Below are positions 29,725-39,995 of a stretch of 64,000 nucleotides of DNA, one piece after another. The position numbers and the translations under genes are program-made. The notes under the pieces are model-generated. The model was not told where the DNA came from, did not search any database, and worked only from the letters and a program-made list of their open reading frames with translations. Origin of the DNA: an uncultured Candidatus Saccharibacteria bacterium (lineage in GTDB: Bacteria > Patescibacteriota > Minisyncoccia > Phycocordibacterales > JACOZG01); the NCBI GenBank assembly GCA_964360815.1, contig CAYHYA010000002.1, positions 1,371 through 65,370 of the forward strand, written 5' to 3'. The first letter of the stretch is position 1. Each line of letters begins with the position of its first letter.

Positions 29725-30975
29725 TCACCGGTCAACCGCCTTAACTATCTCGACCTCGATTCGATCAAGGGCGCGAGGAAAACGATTAATCCACGGTGGT
29801 CGAAAGTTAATTTCGGCGCTCGCGATACTGGGATAGTCAATTAAAACTTTTTGATAATCAACGCTTTTTATACCGCCCAACGAGCGCTTCAGTTCTAATG
29901 GATCAAACTGCCAAACTAATTTGGCCTGACCGTTCAACTTAAAACTGACTTCGCTCGCGGCCGCAGGGTCAAAATTAGCGCGGTCGGTAATTATAAATTC
30001 TAATTCAGCAAAGTTAACCACTAACGCTTCTTCAGATTCCTTGAAGTCGGTTACGTGGTTTTCGGCCAACCGCTGACTTAATTCACGCTCGGGAAAAATC
30101 AAGGTGGTCAATTCGCCCTCAACGGTGAAGACGAGTTCATTCGACGTTTGGTTGTCGTCGGTGTGACTTTTAAACCTAAAAAATCCGGTTTCGGGATAAG
30201 TAACCAATCCGGCCGGCAGGCCAGCGCGCGCCTCGTCAATTAATTTAGTGGTTAATTGGTCTGTCAAAGTTTTTTCGGTTTCGGCGCGGACTTCGGCCGA
30301 AACTTCCAACCGTTCACCGATGAAGCCGCCAGTCATCGCGGTTTTCCCTCGCGCGGTGATTTTCCCGGCGCGAGGATCATTTTTGAAACCGGGAATGGTC
30401 AATTCAGCGAGTTCACCGTTGTAGTCGGGGCCGGGTTGATCAGCAAAAACCATTGCATTGATCTCGCCCGGAGTAATTTTTCCGCCAGTAGAAACGTAGC
30501 CGGGCACGGACAAGTCATCCTTGATTCGGTAGATCTTCCCCGCCGCCGTCTGAAAACGCGTGTTGGCCACTAACCGTTGCGCTTGAGAACTATAACGATT
30601 AGTGACAATGATTTGACCGCTGGCGCGATCGGAAACTGATTTCTTTTCCGCACCAACGATCGTTTTCTCGGTCGTCGCGCGAATCGTCATTGTTTCAAAA
30701 GGCATTTTCAAGCTATCGTCAACGCTCAAAACCAGCTGTTTGGGCGTAACCTTAATAACGGCCGTGGCCAGTGCTTGAGAAGCAAAATAGGCAACCGGTA
30801 AAGCAATCAAAATTAAAACAATTACCACTCCACCAACCACTCGAGACCGGCGACGGCGCGGTTTGACGTTTGGATCAAGCGGATCATCGGAGATTTTGGT
30901 TTCTGGTGCTTTGGGTAAAACATCAGACAGTCGCCGTTTTGGTTGTTTGATATCTTGAATCAATTCTTTGTTCAT
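29725..30975 (-). CDS. Membrane-anchored hypothetical protein, baseplate-J-like beta region
   Basis: One TM, then A.G.I...N...Q.LVA.TRF...GKIYRI...VPG...V.AD.PG..YN...GG pattern recalled from CPR proteins. Confidence 0.5.
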   Translation of the reverse strand: MNKELIQDIKQPKRRLSDVLPKAPETKISDDPLDPNVKPRRRRSRVVGGVVIVLILIALPVAYFASQALATAVIKVTPKQLVLSVDDSLKMPFETMTIRATTEKTIVGAEKKSVSDRASGQIIVTNRYSSQAQRLVANTRFQTAAGKIYRIKDDLSVPGYVSTGGKITPGEINAMVFADQPGPDYNGELAELTIPGFKNDPRAGKITARGKTAMTGGFIGERLEVSAEVRAETEKTLTDQLTTKLIDEARAGLPAGLVTYPETGFFRFKSHTDDNQTSNELVFTVEGELTTLIFPERELSQRLAENHVTDFKESEEALVVNFAELEFIITDRANFDPAAASEVSFKLNGQAKLVWQFDPLELKRSLGGIKSVDYQKVLIDYPSIASAEINFRPPWINRFPRALDRIEVEIVKAVDR

Positions 30976-32114
30976 AACGACATTAATCTATCATGGAAAA
31001 TATTCTCGAGCAACAAATGGGAATCTGTGGTTAAACTAATCTTTCGTTCGGCACAAGGATCTTTCAAAATCTCGTTATTCAAGAGAGAGGTTTTGAACGC
31101 TCTTTGGGCGATGAGGAGGTCGTCGTAGGAAGTTTGTTTAATCCAGTCGAGAAGAATTGACAAAATTAAGGGATCACCAACGGCCCAAAGTTGACTTGAT
31201 CCGAAGTGTGACTCCGACAGAGCCACGAGGGCTTGCTTGAAAGCGGCCAACCACTCACGACGACATTCGGTTAACGCGTCGTTAATTCGTTCGGTGGTCA
31301 ACTTATTGTGGCCGCCGCGTTGGTAAATTTTTAACGCCGAGATGACCTCTTCCGGCACAGTTTTAAGTTCGATGGCCAGACGACGCAACAAAAAATTACG
31401 CCCGAACGGAAAAGAAACTGTTTCCCATAAAACCTCGTTGGCAACGAGTGACAGCTCGGTCACTTCCCCGCCAACATCAAGCAGTAGGGCACTGTGTTGA
31501 TTTAACAAATCACGACTGATTGTGAAAAAAACAAACGGAAAAGAATGAAAAACGAGTGTTCGGCCAGACAAATACGGGGTAAATGTTTCGCGCAGGCGGT
31601 TTAAAACGCGCTCCGTCCCAACGCTAGCATAGTGGCTGATCTCAATTTCGGTGGCGTGTTGGCCGTATGGTGCGTTGGTCACATAGCGATTGAGTTTGAT
31701 CTGCATTACTTTGTGCTCAATCAATTCGTGGTCGGCGGTTTTAAAATTTCTTAAATCTTGGTTGATTAAATCGGCCACTAAACGCCGACTGACCACGATC
31801 GGCGTGTCTCTCGTTTGCTTGATGATACGAGTTTGCGAGGCATAAAATGGCGCCGACAAGAAACAGGTTATTTCGGCTGGCCGCTCGCGCGCGGAAGAAA
31901 CCAAGTCATCAAGAACCTGCTTGGTCGCCGTGTTCAAGTCAGCCAGAAGCCGTTCCGGATTTAATTCCGACTGAAACGGCAGATCGCGCCGACTTAATTT
32001 TAACAACTGCGAACAGTAAGTTTTTGGTTTTGAACTTGCTGGCGGCGTGAGCAAGGCGCCGCCCACACTATCGCTTCGCACATCAATTATTGCTACTGGT
32101 CCCGATTTACGCAT
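30972..32114 (-). CDS. Actin-fold FtsA/PilM-like protein
   Basis: IIDVRSDSV (phosphate-1-like), LLDVGGEVTEL (phosphate-2), SFPFG. Confidence 0.6.
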   Translation of the reverse strand: MRKSGPVAIIDVRSDSVGGALLTPPASSKPKTYCSQLLKLSRRDLPFQSELNPERLLADLNTATKQVLDDLVSSARERPAEITCFLSAPFYASQTRIIKQTRDTPIVVSRRLVADLINQDLRNFKTADHELIEHKVMQIKLNRYVTNAPYGQHATEIEISHYASVGTERVLNRLRETFTPYLSGRTLVFHSFPFVFFTISRDLLNQHSALLLDVGGEVTELSLVANEVLWETVSFPFGRNFLLRRLAIELKTVPEEVISALKIYQRGGHNKLTTERINDALTECRREWLAAFKQALVALSESHFGSSQLWAVGDPLILSILLDWIKQTSYDDLLIAQRAFKTSLLNNEILKDPCAERKISLTTDSHLLLENIFHDRLMSL

Positions 32115-32184
32115 CGCTTTTTATTATAGCAAAAACCCACCGGCGAAGTATAACTTCGTGGTGGGTTGTGTTGTACTCCGTAAT

Positions 32185-32688
32185 CTAATCATGGTGCGCG
32201 GGTGACGGAAAAGGTTCAAAGAACCATTTTTCGGCTGGCCTGTCGCCGTTATATCGAGTGATCAAATAAGGAGAGGTGGTTGGAAAATCGGATTCGTTTT
32301 TCGTTTGCCAAAGACCGATTTCATTTCCGTCCAAATCAGACAAGAGACAGAGTTTCCTGTCAGCAACCTGCCCACAACCGTTAACCTTGACGACGGTATT
32401 CTCACCCAGAAGTTCTACCTTGTTTAGCTGTATGGCTTGGCCGTCCTTGGACTCAACAAAGGGTTGATACATCAACCAGAAAAAAAGTAAGCCCATCGAC
32501 AGGAAAACGACTCCGATAATAAAACATGGCCCGAAAGAACGATCTATTAGTCTGTCTAAAAGATCTATTCTTACTTCCTCTTGCTTGTCCGCTTTTTTTA
32601 ATCGGGCCACAACAGGATAAAAACAAAACAACGCCAGTAAAACAGACACGATTGCCAGAAGCAGACACCAAACATTAATCGTTTCCAC
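32185..32688 (-). CDS. Hypothetical membrane protein (ORFan)
   Basis: Two TM helices; AAGGAGG SD; terminator hairpin about 32131-32168. Confidence 0.65.
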   Translation of the reverse strand: METINVWCLLLAIVSVLLALFCFYPVVARLKKADKQEEVRIDLLDRLIDRSFGPCFIIGVVFLSMGLLFFWLMYQPFVESKDGQAIQLNKVELLGENTVVKVNGCGQVADRKLCLLSDLDGNEIGLWQTKNESDFPTTSPYLITRYNGDRPAEKWFFEPFPSPAHHD

Positions 32689-32759
32689 ACGATCCTCCTT
32701 TTTTAAAGTACCGTTTCCACACTAAACACTCCAATCTACAGCTAGCACATGATGGTTAT

Positions 32760-34379
32760 TTAGTCAAGCATGGCTTTAATTCGACGAATTCCTTGGGCCA
32801 CGGCTTCGTCTTTAAGAATTTTAAAACGCCCGAGTTCACCAGTGCGGGTGGCATGCGGCCCACCGCAAAATTCTTGGCTAAAAATATTCCCAGCGTGATC
32901 TTGAATAAAATAAACCGAAACAATCTCGCCGTATTTTTGTCCAAACTCCCTTTCGGCGCCCAGTTTCTCGGCTTCGGCTTTCGGCATTTCTCGTTTAACC
33001 ACCGTCAAGTTTTCTTGGATTTTCTGATTAACCAGCGCTTCAACTTTTTGGCGTTCATCGTCCGTTAGTTTACGCGAAAAAGAAAAATCTAATCGCAAAC
33101 GTTCTTGGTTAATATTTGATCCGCGCTGTTTAATTTCTTTGCCGAGAATTTGTTGCAGGGCGGCGAGAAGCAGATGGTGAGCGGTATGCAGTTTGATCGT
33201 TTGCGGTTCGTGGTCGGCTAAACCGCCGGCGAATTTCTGCTCCGTCCCCACCCGTGACACTTCTTGATGCCGTGCGAATTCTCGGTCAAACTCGGTTCGT
33301 TGCAGGTTTGGATAACGGTCTTTCATCACCTCAAACGGCAGACCGTATGTTTCGTAAAGCTTGAACGCCGTTCGCTCGTCTGGTGGCCCAACTTTTTCCA
33401 GTTCCTTAAGGCCGAGTTTGAGCGCCGCGCCAAACTGTTTGTTTTCCAATTCAACGATCCCGAAAATGTTTGTCTCGTGGAGTTCTGGATAACGCTCGTC
33501 GTATTTGGCAATCATCCAGTCGGTGGTTGATTTTAATTTCTCTAAATTAAATTTTACCAACAAGCGCCGAAGCAGTCGGCGCAAAATGTATCCGGCCCCC
33601 TTACTGTCTGGCCGGACGCCCTCGGCGATGAGGAAAGTGATCGCCCGCGCGTGGTCAGCGAGCACGCGCTCGTGGCCAAATTCTCCAAAGAGATCCGTAT
33701 CAAAAACATTTTTTTTACCTTGCACCACCATCGTCAATCGCTCAAGCCCCATACCGGTATCCACGCCGGGCGTTGCCAGTTTGGTTAATACTCCTTCTGC
33801 CGAAGAATAATATTCGTTGAAAACCAAATTCCAAATCTCGATTCCCTGAACATAAATTTCCGTTGTGGGACCGCATGGCCCGGAGGCGCCAGTTGGACCC
33901 CAAAAGTTATCGGCGCGGCCACATTCGCGGATATCTTTAATGCCAAGTTGTTGCCAAAATTTTCTTGATTCTTCGTCTTGGGCAACGCGATCATCGCCGC
34001 CAAAAATAGTGACATAATCAATTCTTAATCCCAGTTCTTGCGTGATGAATTCGTGGGCCAAAGCAATTGCCCGATCTTTAAAATAACCACCAAAAGAGAA
34101 GTTCCCGAGCATTTCAAAAAAAGTCAGATGGCGTTCGTCACCGATCTCATCAATGTCGGAGGTGCGGAAACATTTCTGAAGCGAGGTTAAATTCCGCGTG
34201 CCAAAATCCCGCTCGGCCGCTTCGGGTTGGAGATAATAATCTTTGAACGGCTGCATCCCGGCGGTGGTTAAAAGCACGGATGGGTCGCTCGGAATAAGGG
34301 ATGAGGACGGCACAATTTTGTGCTCGTGGACGGCAAAAAACTGGAGAAACTTAACCCTAATTTCTTCGCTCGTCAGCAT
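32760..34379 (-). CDS. alaS: Alanyl-tRNA synthetase (no C-Ala domain)
   Basis: TTAGMQPFK, HLTFFEMLGNFSFG.YFK, DTGMGLER, HTAHHLL, EFCGGPH; start at MLTSEE. Confidence 0.95.
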   Translation of the reverse strand: MLTSEEIRVKFLQFFAVHEHKIVPSSSLIPSDPSVLLTTAGMQPFKDYYLQPEAAERDFGTRNLTSLQKCFRTSDIDEIGDERHLTFFEMLGNFSFGGYFKDRAIALAHEFITQELGLRIDYVTIFGGDDRVAQDEESRKFWQQLGIKDIRECGRADNFWGPTGASGPCGPTTEIYVQGIEIWNLVFNEYYSSAEGVLTKLATPGVDTGMGLERLTMVVQGKKNVFDTDLFGEFGHERVLADHARAITFLIAEGVRPDSKGAGYILRRLLRRLLVKFNLEKLKSTTDWMIAKYDERYPELHETNIFGIVELENKQFGAALKLGLKELEKVGPPDERTAFKLYETYGLPFEVMKDRYPNLQRTEFDREFARHQEVSRVGTEQKFAGGLADHEPQTIKLHTAHHLLLAALQQILGKEIKQRGSNINQERLRLDFSFSRKLTDDERQKVEALVNQKIQENLTVVKREMPKAEAEKLGAEREFGQKYGEIVSVYFIQDHAGNIFSQEFCGGPHATRTGELGRFKILKDEAVAQGIRRIKAMLD

Positions 34380-34465
34380 TCGAGAATCGTAACACGAAAT
34401 CCCGCCCAAAGAAAAAGCCCACGGATAACCGTGGGGCTTTGTTTGACCCGATGTTTTCTTGGTTT

Positions 34466-34957
34466 CTAACCCTCTGGTCCGTCTCGTTGACCAAGGAATC
34501 TCTCCACCAGGGGACATTTTGGAGCGAGGTATGATGTTGGGTTGTGAGGAAGGTTCTCGTTCCACGTTTTTGAAGTGATGTCTAAAAGCTCAACCGTTCT
34601 ACCAACCATCAAACTGCAAAATTCGTGAAAGAACAGGTGGCCTTCCCTCGGGACAACCAGAGTTTTTGTCTCTGCGTGCTGGTCAGTTTCTACCTCCAGA
34701 AGTCCGTGAACTTCCGTGGACTTTTTTACTTCCGTAATATCAATGGTGATCCCCGACAGTTCGACCAAGACTTTTTCCACCAACCAGGTCTTCCCGGAAA
34801 TCCTCATGGCTTCATCGTGAGCCGCGGGGTCATCGGGACAATCAGAAACAGCGTGCTGAACCAGATCTTTTGGTGCTATAAAACAAAAGACTGGAACAAG
34901 AACAATCACAGAAAAAAACAAACCGACCAAAATAATTTCCCAAATCGATCTTTTCAC
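34466..34957 (-). CDS. Hypothetical membrane-anchored protein (ORFan)
   Basis: GTG start after AAGGAGA; promoter TTGACA-17-TAGGTT (35051-35023); terminator 34412-34441. Confidence 0.6.
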   Translation of the reverse strand: MKRSIWEIILVGLFFSVIVLVPVFCFIAPKDLVQHAVSDCPDDPAAHDEAMRISGKTWLVEKVLVELSGITIDITEVKKSTEVHGLLEVETDQHAETKTLVVPREGHLFFHEFCSLMVGRTVELLDITSKTWNENLPHNPTSYLAPKCPLVERFLGQRDGPEG

Positions 34958-35069
34958 AACAAATTCTCCTTTCAAGAAGACGGTCTCGAGTTTCTCAAGG
35001 TTCACACGAACCAACTTTCTAAAACCTAAACCTAAATGTTGCCGATGTCAATTTTTTCTTATTTTTGAT

Positions 35070-36125
35070 TTATAAAATCACTCCCCCACCAAGACAAGTT
35101 TCGCCATCATAAATAACGCCCGATTGGCCGGGCGCGACGATTTGCCCGGACTTAAAAACGACTTTTATTTGATTCGTCCCCGTTGATTCTAGTTGGCATG
35201 GGATGACCGGCGCGCGATAACGTATCCGCGCTTGATAGGTTTGATTAAAATTTGGCGGCTGACCGGCTAACCAGTTTACTTGGGTTAAAACGAGCTCACT
35301 TTTACCCAGTTCTTCGGATCGTTTCGCTGGGGCGATAGTTAAAGTGTTGCGTTCGTGGTCTTTGGCCACAACATACTGCGGTGAATCGGTGTGGCTTGGG
35401 CGAGTTAACTTAAAACCATGACGTTCGCCAATCGTGTAGAAGTGACTGCCGTCGTGTTCGCCGACCACTTCTCCGGTCTCGTTTAAAACTACACCATTAA
35501 TCTGGGGCAAGTGTTGACGAAGAAAATCTTTGAAATCAATCGGTCCCACAAAACACAAACCCTGGCTATCTGGCTTGCTCGCATTGGGCAACCCGAACCG
35601 TTTGGCCAGTTGCCGCACTTCCGATTTTTGATAATCACCAATTGGAAAAAGGCAGCGATCCAAAACAGCGGGGGTGAGCGTCCAGAGAAAATAACTCTGA
35701 TCTTTGTCTTGGTCTTTGGCCACCAGCAGAGTTTGGCCGCGGCGACGAACGTAGTGGCCGGTGGCCACGAAATCAGCTCCGGTACTGATGGCTCGGCGGA
35801 AAAACTCGCCAAATTTAATTTGCTGATTACACATGACATCCGGATTCGGCGTCCGACCCAAACGATACTCGTTAATTAAATAATCCAAAACCGTTCGGCG
35901 GTACGCCTCCGACAAATCATAAGTCAACAACGGGCAGCCAAGTTTCGCCGCCACGCGGATGGCCTCCCGCCGCTCTTCCCGCCAAGCACAATTTTCCAAG
36001 CCGCCCAAACCGAGATCGGAAATTTTAATGAACCCACCGATCACTTCATACCCCGCCTTCTTCAATAGAGCGGCCGCCACGGCCGAATCAACCCCGCCCG
36101 ACAAGCCAACAAAAACCTTTTTCAT
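35070..36125 (-). CDS. mnmA: tRNA-specific 2-thiouridylase
   Basis: SGGVDS, TPNPDVMCN..IKF, ATGHY, KDQSYFL, DSQGLCF, YTIGER, PGQ. Confidence 0.96.
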   Translation of the reverse strand: MKKVFVGLSGGVDSAVAAALLKKAGYEVIGGFIKISDLGLGGLENCAWREERREAIRVAAKLGCPLLTYDLSEAYRRTVLDYLINEYRLGRTPNPDVMCNQQIKFGEFFRRAISTGADFVATGHYVRRRGQTLLVAKDQDKDQSYFLWTLTPAVLDRCLFPIGDYQKSEVRQLAKRFGLPNASKPDSQGLCFVGPIDFKDFLRQHLPQINGVVLNETGEVVGEHDGSHFYTIGERHGFKLTRPSHTDSPQYVVAKDHERNTLTIAPAKRSEELGKSELVLTQVNWLAGQPPNFNQTYQARIRYRAPVIPCQLESTGTNQIKVVFKSGQIVAPGQSGVIYDGETCLGGGVIL

Positions 36126-36129
36126 ATAT

Positions 36130-38457
36130 TTATTGCCTCACAGCGCTGTATAAATCTCTCTGAAAATCAAAGAAAACCTCTCTAATGGTGTCGACTTCAC
36201 CGAGTGCGCTCACTGCATCAGCAATGGCGTGATACTTCAAATTCAAAAGAACAGGTAGCTTTTCCTCATCCAACTCCTCAACTCCTTTCTCCTCGTACTT
36301 CGCCAAAACGAAATCCAAAAACTCTTTCTGCTTGTCATTCAGCCCTTCAAATATCTTTCCTTTTGCCTGCTCCACACGCTCTACTCTTGAAATGGTCGGC
36401 CTCAAGAATGAAACATAATTCAAAACATCAAACAAATCGCTCTGTTCTGCGTCAATCATCTTCTGTAGCATCTCCAACTCGTCCTTGCCATATCCAATCA
36501 CGGCAATTTTTTCGAGGAACACTTTTCTCGTCACGGGATCAGACCATATCTTTCGCAACTCCTCCTCACTCTTAAAGAACTCAGGCATTGCTCCAAACAT
36601 GTTGTCCATAAACTCCTGCACTGATACGGGCTTGCCATCAGCACTCCAAAAAGACGTAGAGATCATGTGCTGAATCTCACGCTCCTTCCCATCACAAAGC
36701 TTGATCTTGAGCTTCCTCTTTGGCTCATCAGGTGTCTCTGGTGGAGGGTCTCCACCGGTTGTACCAGATGGATCTTTTGGCCCTGTAGGGGGTGTCTCTG
36801 TTGTCTCGTCTATGGGGTCGCCATCCCATTCAGGGTCAGCAAAGTGGTGATAAGCATCTACAAAGTCATAGATAGTGAAGTATTCTTTACCATCAAAAAG
36901 TCGTGTGCCACGTCCGATAATCTGCTTGAACTCGATCATCGAATTCACGGGACGCATCAGCACGATATTGCGTACATTCCTCGCGTCAACGCCGGTAGAG
37001 AGCTTCTGTGATGTAGTCAAAACAGTTGGGATAGTTTTTTCATTATCCTGAAACTCACGCAAATATTGTTCCCCTCGAGCACCATCATTGGCCGTCACTC
37101 GAGCGCAGTAGTTGGGCTCTTTGCTTATCTTGTATTGGTTGACCAAATCCCGCACTGCGAGCGCATGGTCTTGTGTCGCACAGAAAATAATAGTTTTCTC
37201 GTTTTGATTGATCTCGTCCATCACCACACGCACACGTTTTGCTTCACGCTCTTTAATAACAATTATTTTATTGAAGTCTGCTTCCTCATATATCTTGCCC
37301 TCCTCAACCTCTCCCTCGATAATCTGGTCGTCAGAAGTATAAATATAATCATCAAGAGTCGTCTTCACCCGTCTGATCTTAAATGGCGTAAGAAATCCAT
37401 CGTTTACACCCTCCTTAAGTGAGTAGACATAAACAGGTTCACCGAAATACTTGTAGGTGTCTACGTTATCTTTTCGCTTTGGAGTAGCCGTGAGACCGAG
37501 TTGCACAGCAGGAGAAAAGTATTCCAAAATCCCTCGCCAGTTGCCCTCATCATTCGCTCCACCACGATGACATTCGTCGATAACAACGAAATCAAAAAAG
37601 TCTGGTGGGTATTCTCCGAAATACGGTGTTCCATCCGGGCCACTCATGAAGGTCTGGAATATAGTAAAGAAAATACTTCCACCCATTGGCACGCCTCCTT
37701 TCTTTCGTATATCAAGCGGATTTATCCGCACTCTGGCATCATTCGGGAAGATCGAGAAATCGTTACCAAAAGCTTGATCAGCGAGAATGTTTCTATCGGC
37801 CAAGAAAAGAATGCGTGGTCTCCTTGTGCCATCTCGCTTGAGATTCCATCGTGCTTGAAATAGTTTCCATGCAATCTGCGCCGCCACAGCGGTCTTGCCG
37901 GTGCCTGTTGCCATAGTAATCAATATCCGTGACTTTTCTTCGGCAATGGCATCCAGTGCGTTATTGATTGCTAACTCTTGGTAGTAACGCATACTTTTAC
38001 CCCCCTCTGTAGGAATACTCGCAAACTTTTCTTTCCATTCGTTTTGACCTGCCTGTCCGGTAGGCAGGTCTGAATAGGTCTTATTCCACAACTCGTCAGG
38101 TGTAGGGAATTTATCTATCGGTCCCTCCTGTCCGGATTTCATTGAGATCTGATAAATTTCTTTGCCATTGGTGGAGTAGGTGTAGTTGATACGAAGCTTT
38201 TCAGCATACGACTTGGCCTGTACTACGCCTTCAGTTGCCGGTAACTCCGCCTGCTTTGCTTCAATGACAGCGATCTTGCGGTTCTTATAGACGAGAACGT
38301 AGTCAGCAATTTCCGGCTTGCTTCGTTTACCACCCACCTGAATTTTTCCATCTGTTATGCGAAACTCACGAAGGACTCGTGATCCCTCTACGTCGCCCCA
38401 TCCGCTCGCTTTGAGCATGGGATCAACATATTCCGCGCGTGTTTCTGATTCGTTCAT
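36130..38457 (-). CDS. hsdR: Type I restriction endonuclease R subunit (EcoEI-like)
   Basis: ADY...IEAK nuclease motif, MATGTGKT, DECHR, LTATP, QIIGRGTR. Confidence 0.93.
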   Translation of the reverse strand: MNESETRAEYVDPMLKASGWGDVEGSRVLREFRITDGKIQVGGKRSKPEIADYVLVYKNRKIAVIEAKQAELPATEGVVQAKSYAEKLRINYTYSTNGKEIYQISMKSGQEGPIDKFPTPDELWNKTYSDLPTGQAGQNEWKEKFASIPTEGGKSMRYYQELAINNALDAIAEEKSRILITMATGTGKTAVAAQIAWKLFQARWNLKRDGTRRPRILFLADRNILADQAFGNDFSIFPNDARVRINPLDIRKKGGVPMGGSIFFTIFQTFMSGPDGTPYFGEYPPDFFDFVVIDECHRGGANDEGNWRGILEYFSPAVQLGLTATPKRKDNVDTYKYFGEPVYVYSLKEGVNDGFLTPFKIRRVKTTLDDYIYTSDDQIIEGEVEEGKIYEEADFNKIIVIKEREAKRVRVVMDEINQNEKTIIFCATQDHALAVRDLVNQYKISKEPNYCARVTANDGARGEQYLREFQDNEKTIPTVLTTSQKLSTGVDARNVRNIVLMRPVNSMIEFKQIIGRGTRLFDGKEYFTIYDFVDAYHHFADPEWDGDPIDETTETPPTGPKDPSGTTGGDPPPETPDEPKRKLKIKLCDGKEREIQHMISTSFWSADGKPVSVQEFMDNMFGAMPEFFKSEEELRKIWSDPVTRKVFLEKIAVIGYGKDELEMLQKMIDAEQSDLFDVLNYVSFLRPTISRVERVEQAKGKIFEGLNDKQKEFLDFVLAKYEEKGVEELDEEKLPVLLNLKYHAIADAVSALGEVDTIREVFFDFQRDLYSAVRQ
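38046..38070. repeat. Short palindromic element inside hsdR
   Basis: GACCTGCCT-GTCCGGT-AGGCAGGTC, perfect 9-bp inverted repeat encoding DLPTGQAG. Confidence 0.6.
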
Positions 38458-38462
38458 AATAA

Positions 38463-39446
38463 TTATTTTGAAATTAAATTCAAAATGAGCTTTATTATTT
38501 TTCCTTTGTGTTCAGGATTGCTTTCAGCGACCATTATTGTAAGTGCGGTTAAAGCGGACGGAGTAAGTTTATTAACATTTAAAATATTTGCTTCTCTTAA
38601 AAACCACACGAATGCGAAAGCCCCGCTTCTTTTATTACCATCAATAAATGGATGATTTTTGACCATAAAATATAAGAGATAAGCCGCTTTTTCTTCGGCT
38701 GTCGGATAAAGTTCCTTGCCACCAAATGTCTGCATCACATTACCAATAATCCCAGAGATATTCCCTGTATTTCTTTCTATGCCGAAAATATCTGTTGCTT
38801 CTGATTTTTCTAAAAGATTTTGTTTTAATTGAATAAGATTTTTAGTAATTCTTTCCATCGTCAATTCAACTTTTTTCTTTGTCAGTTTTCCTTTCGGCAA
38901 AAGCTCTTTGTCATACGCATCAAGTGAAAGCCATGTGTCAGCAAAAAGTGATACGAGTTCAACGGCGTCAGACACATTCACCGCCGACCCCGAGGGAAGA
39001 AGTTTCTTTATGTCGTCAACCACGCCCAAGAACTGCGTGTAATTTTTTGCAATGCGTTTACGATTTATAGTGAAGCCCTTTACGATATGTTCCCGAAGCG
39101 TTTTAGTAGCCCACTGGCGAAACAGAGTAGCGGTCTTACTGTTTACTCTATATCCAACCGAAAGGATCATATCCAGGTTATAGTGCTTAATTTCACGCTC
39201 AATTTTGCGTTTTCCCTCATTTTGAACTATCCGGAAATTCCGGATAGTTGCATTTTCTGAAAGTTCTCCCGTTTTAAAAATGTTTTGGATGTGTTCGTTT
39301 ATTGTCCTTACATCAACACTAAAGGCTGTGGCTATCTGCGCTTGAGTCGCCCATACTGTCTCACGTGAAGTATCTCCACGAAGCTCGATGGCTCCATTTT
39401 TTGCCTGATAGATAACAATACTATTTTGTTCTTGCTTTTTTCCCAC
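38463..39446 (-). CDS. RhuM-like + Fic/Doc domain protein
   Basis: ETVWATQAQIA, YNLDMILSVGYRVNS...FRQWAT; Fic motif HPFIDGNKR. Confidence 0.88.
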   Translation of the reverse strand: MGKKQEQNSIVIYQAKNGAIELRGDTSRETVWATQAQIATAFSVDVRTINEHIQNIFKTGELSENATIRNFRIVQNEGKRKIEREIKHYNLDMILSVGYRVNSKTATLFRQWATKTLREHIVKGFTINRKRIAKNYTQFLGVVDDIKKLLPSGSAVNVSDAVELVSLFADTWLSLDAYDKELLPKGKLTKKKVELTMERITKNLIQLKQNLLEKSEATDIFGIERNTGNISGIIGNVMQTFGGKELYPTAEEKAAYLLYFMVKNHPFIDGNKRSGAFAFVWFLREANILNVNKLTPSALTALTIMVAESNPEHKGKIIKLILNLISK

Positions 39447-39464
39447 AAAATTATTTATACCACA

Positions 39465-39995
39465 TTACAGCTCACCCGTAAATGCTTTGCTCAAGATCGA
39501 CTTCTTAAGTTCTTCCAAATCCGCCAGCTTCTGCTCGTATATTTCTTCTAGTTTTTTTGTTTCTGTTGAAAGGGCATCCAGCTTTTTCACAATCCGCTTT
39601 TGTTCGGATAGAATCGGAATATCGACCTCAATCGAATAGACCTCATTTCTATTCAATCCAGGCTTTACCCCTTTTGCTAATCTAGGTAGCTCCAGTGTTA
39701 TTAATAAGTCGTATAGAAATTTTAAATCGTATTTCCTTTCATCAAAGGTTACAAAATACGTGACATCAAGAGGCCAGAATTTTTCTTCCGTCAAATTTAA
39801 TTCGCCAGCGGAACCTTTACGACCAACTATTATGCTTGGCTTATTATAAAAATAGTCATTTGATCTTGTTTTCTCTCCATTGGCGCCATAGACAGGATAT
39901 TTTCCGCCCATGATTCGTTTTGATTTTGGTAATGGTTTCCCGTATTCCAACTTCAGAACATCACCAAGTTTTTTTGTTTGCCACTCAGTTTTCAT
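39465..39995 (-). CDS. hsdS: Type I R-M specificity subunit, half-size (single TRD, 176 aa)
   Basis: MKTEWQTKKLGDV, YPVYGANG, IVGRKGSAG, EQKRIV..LD, LKKSILSKAFTGEL. Confidence 0.85.
   Translation of the reverse strand: MKTEWQTKKLGDVLKLEYGKPLPKSKRIMGGKYPVYGANGEKTRSNDYFYNKPSIIVGRKGSAGELNLTEEKFWPLDVTYFVTFDERKYDLKFLYDLLITLELPRLAKGVKPGLNRNEVYSIEVDIPILSEQKRIVKKLDALSTETKKLEEIYEQKLADLEELKKSILSKAFTGEL

Noticed and set aside
29725-30975. Prophage or contractile-tail locus
   Set aside because: No other phage or tail genes; the protein is membrane-anchored among core genes.
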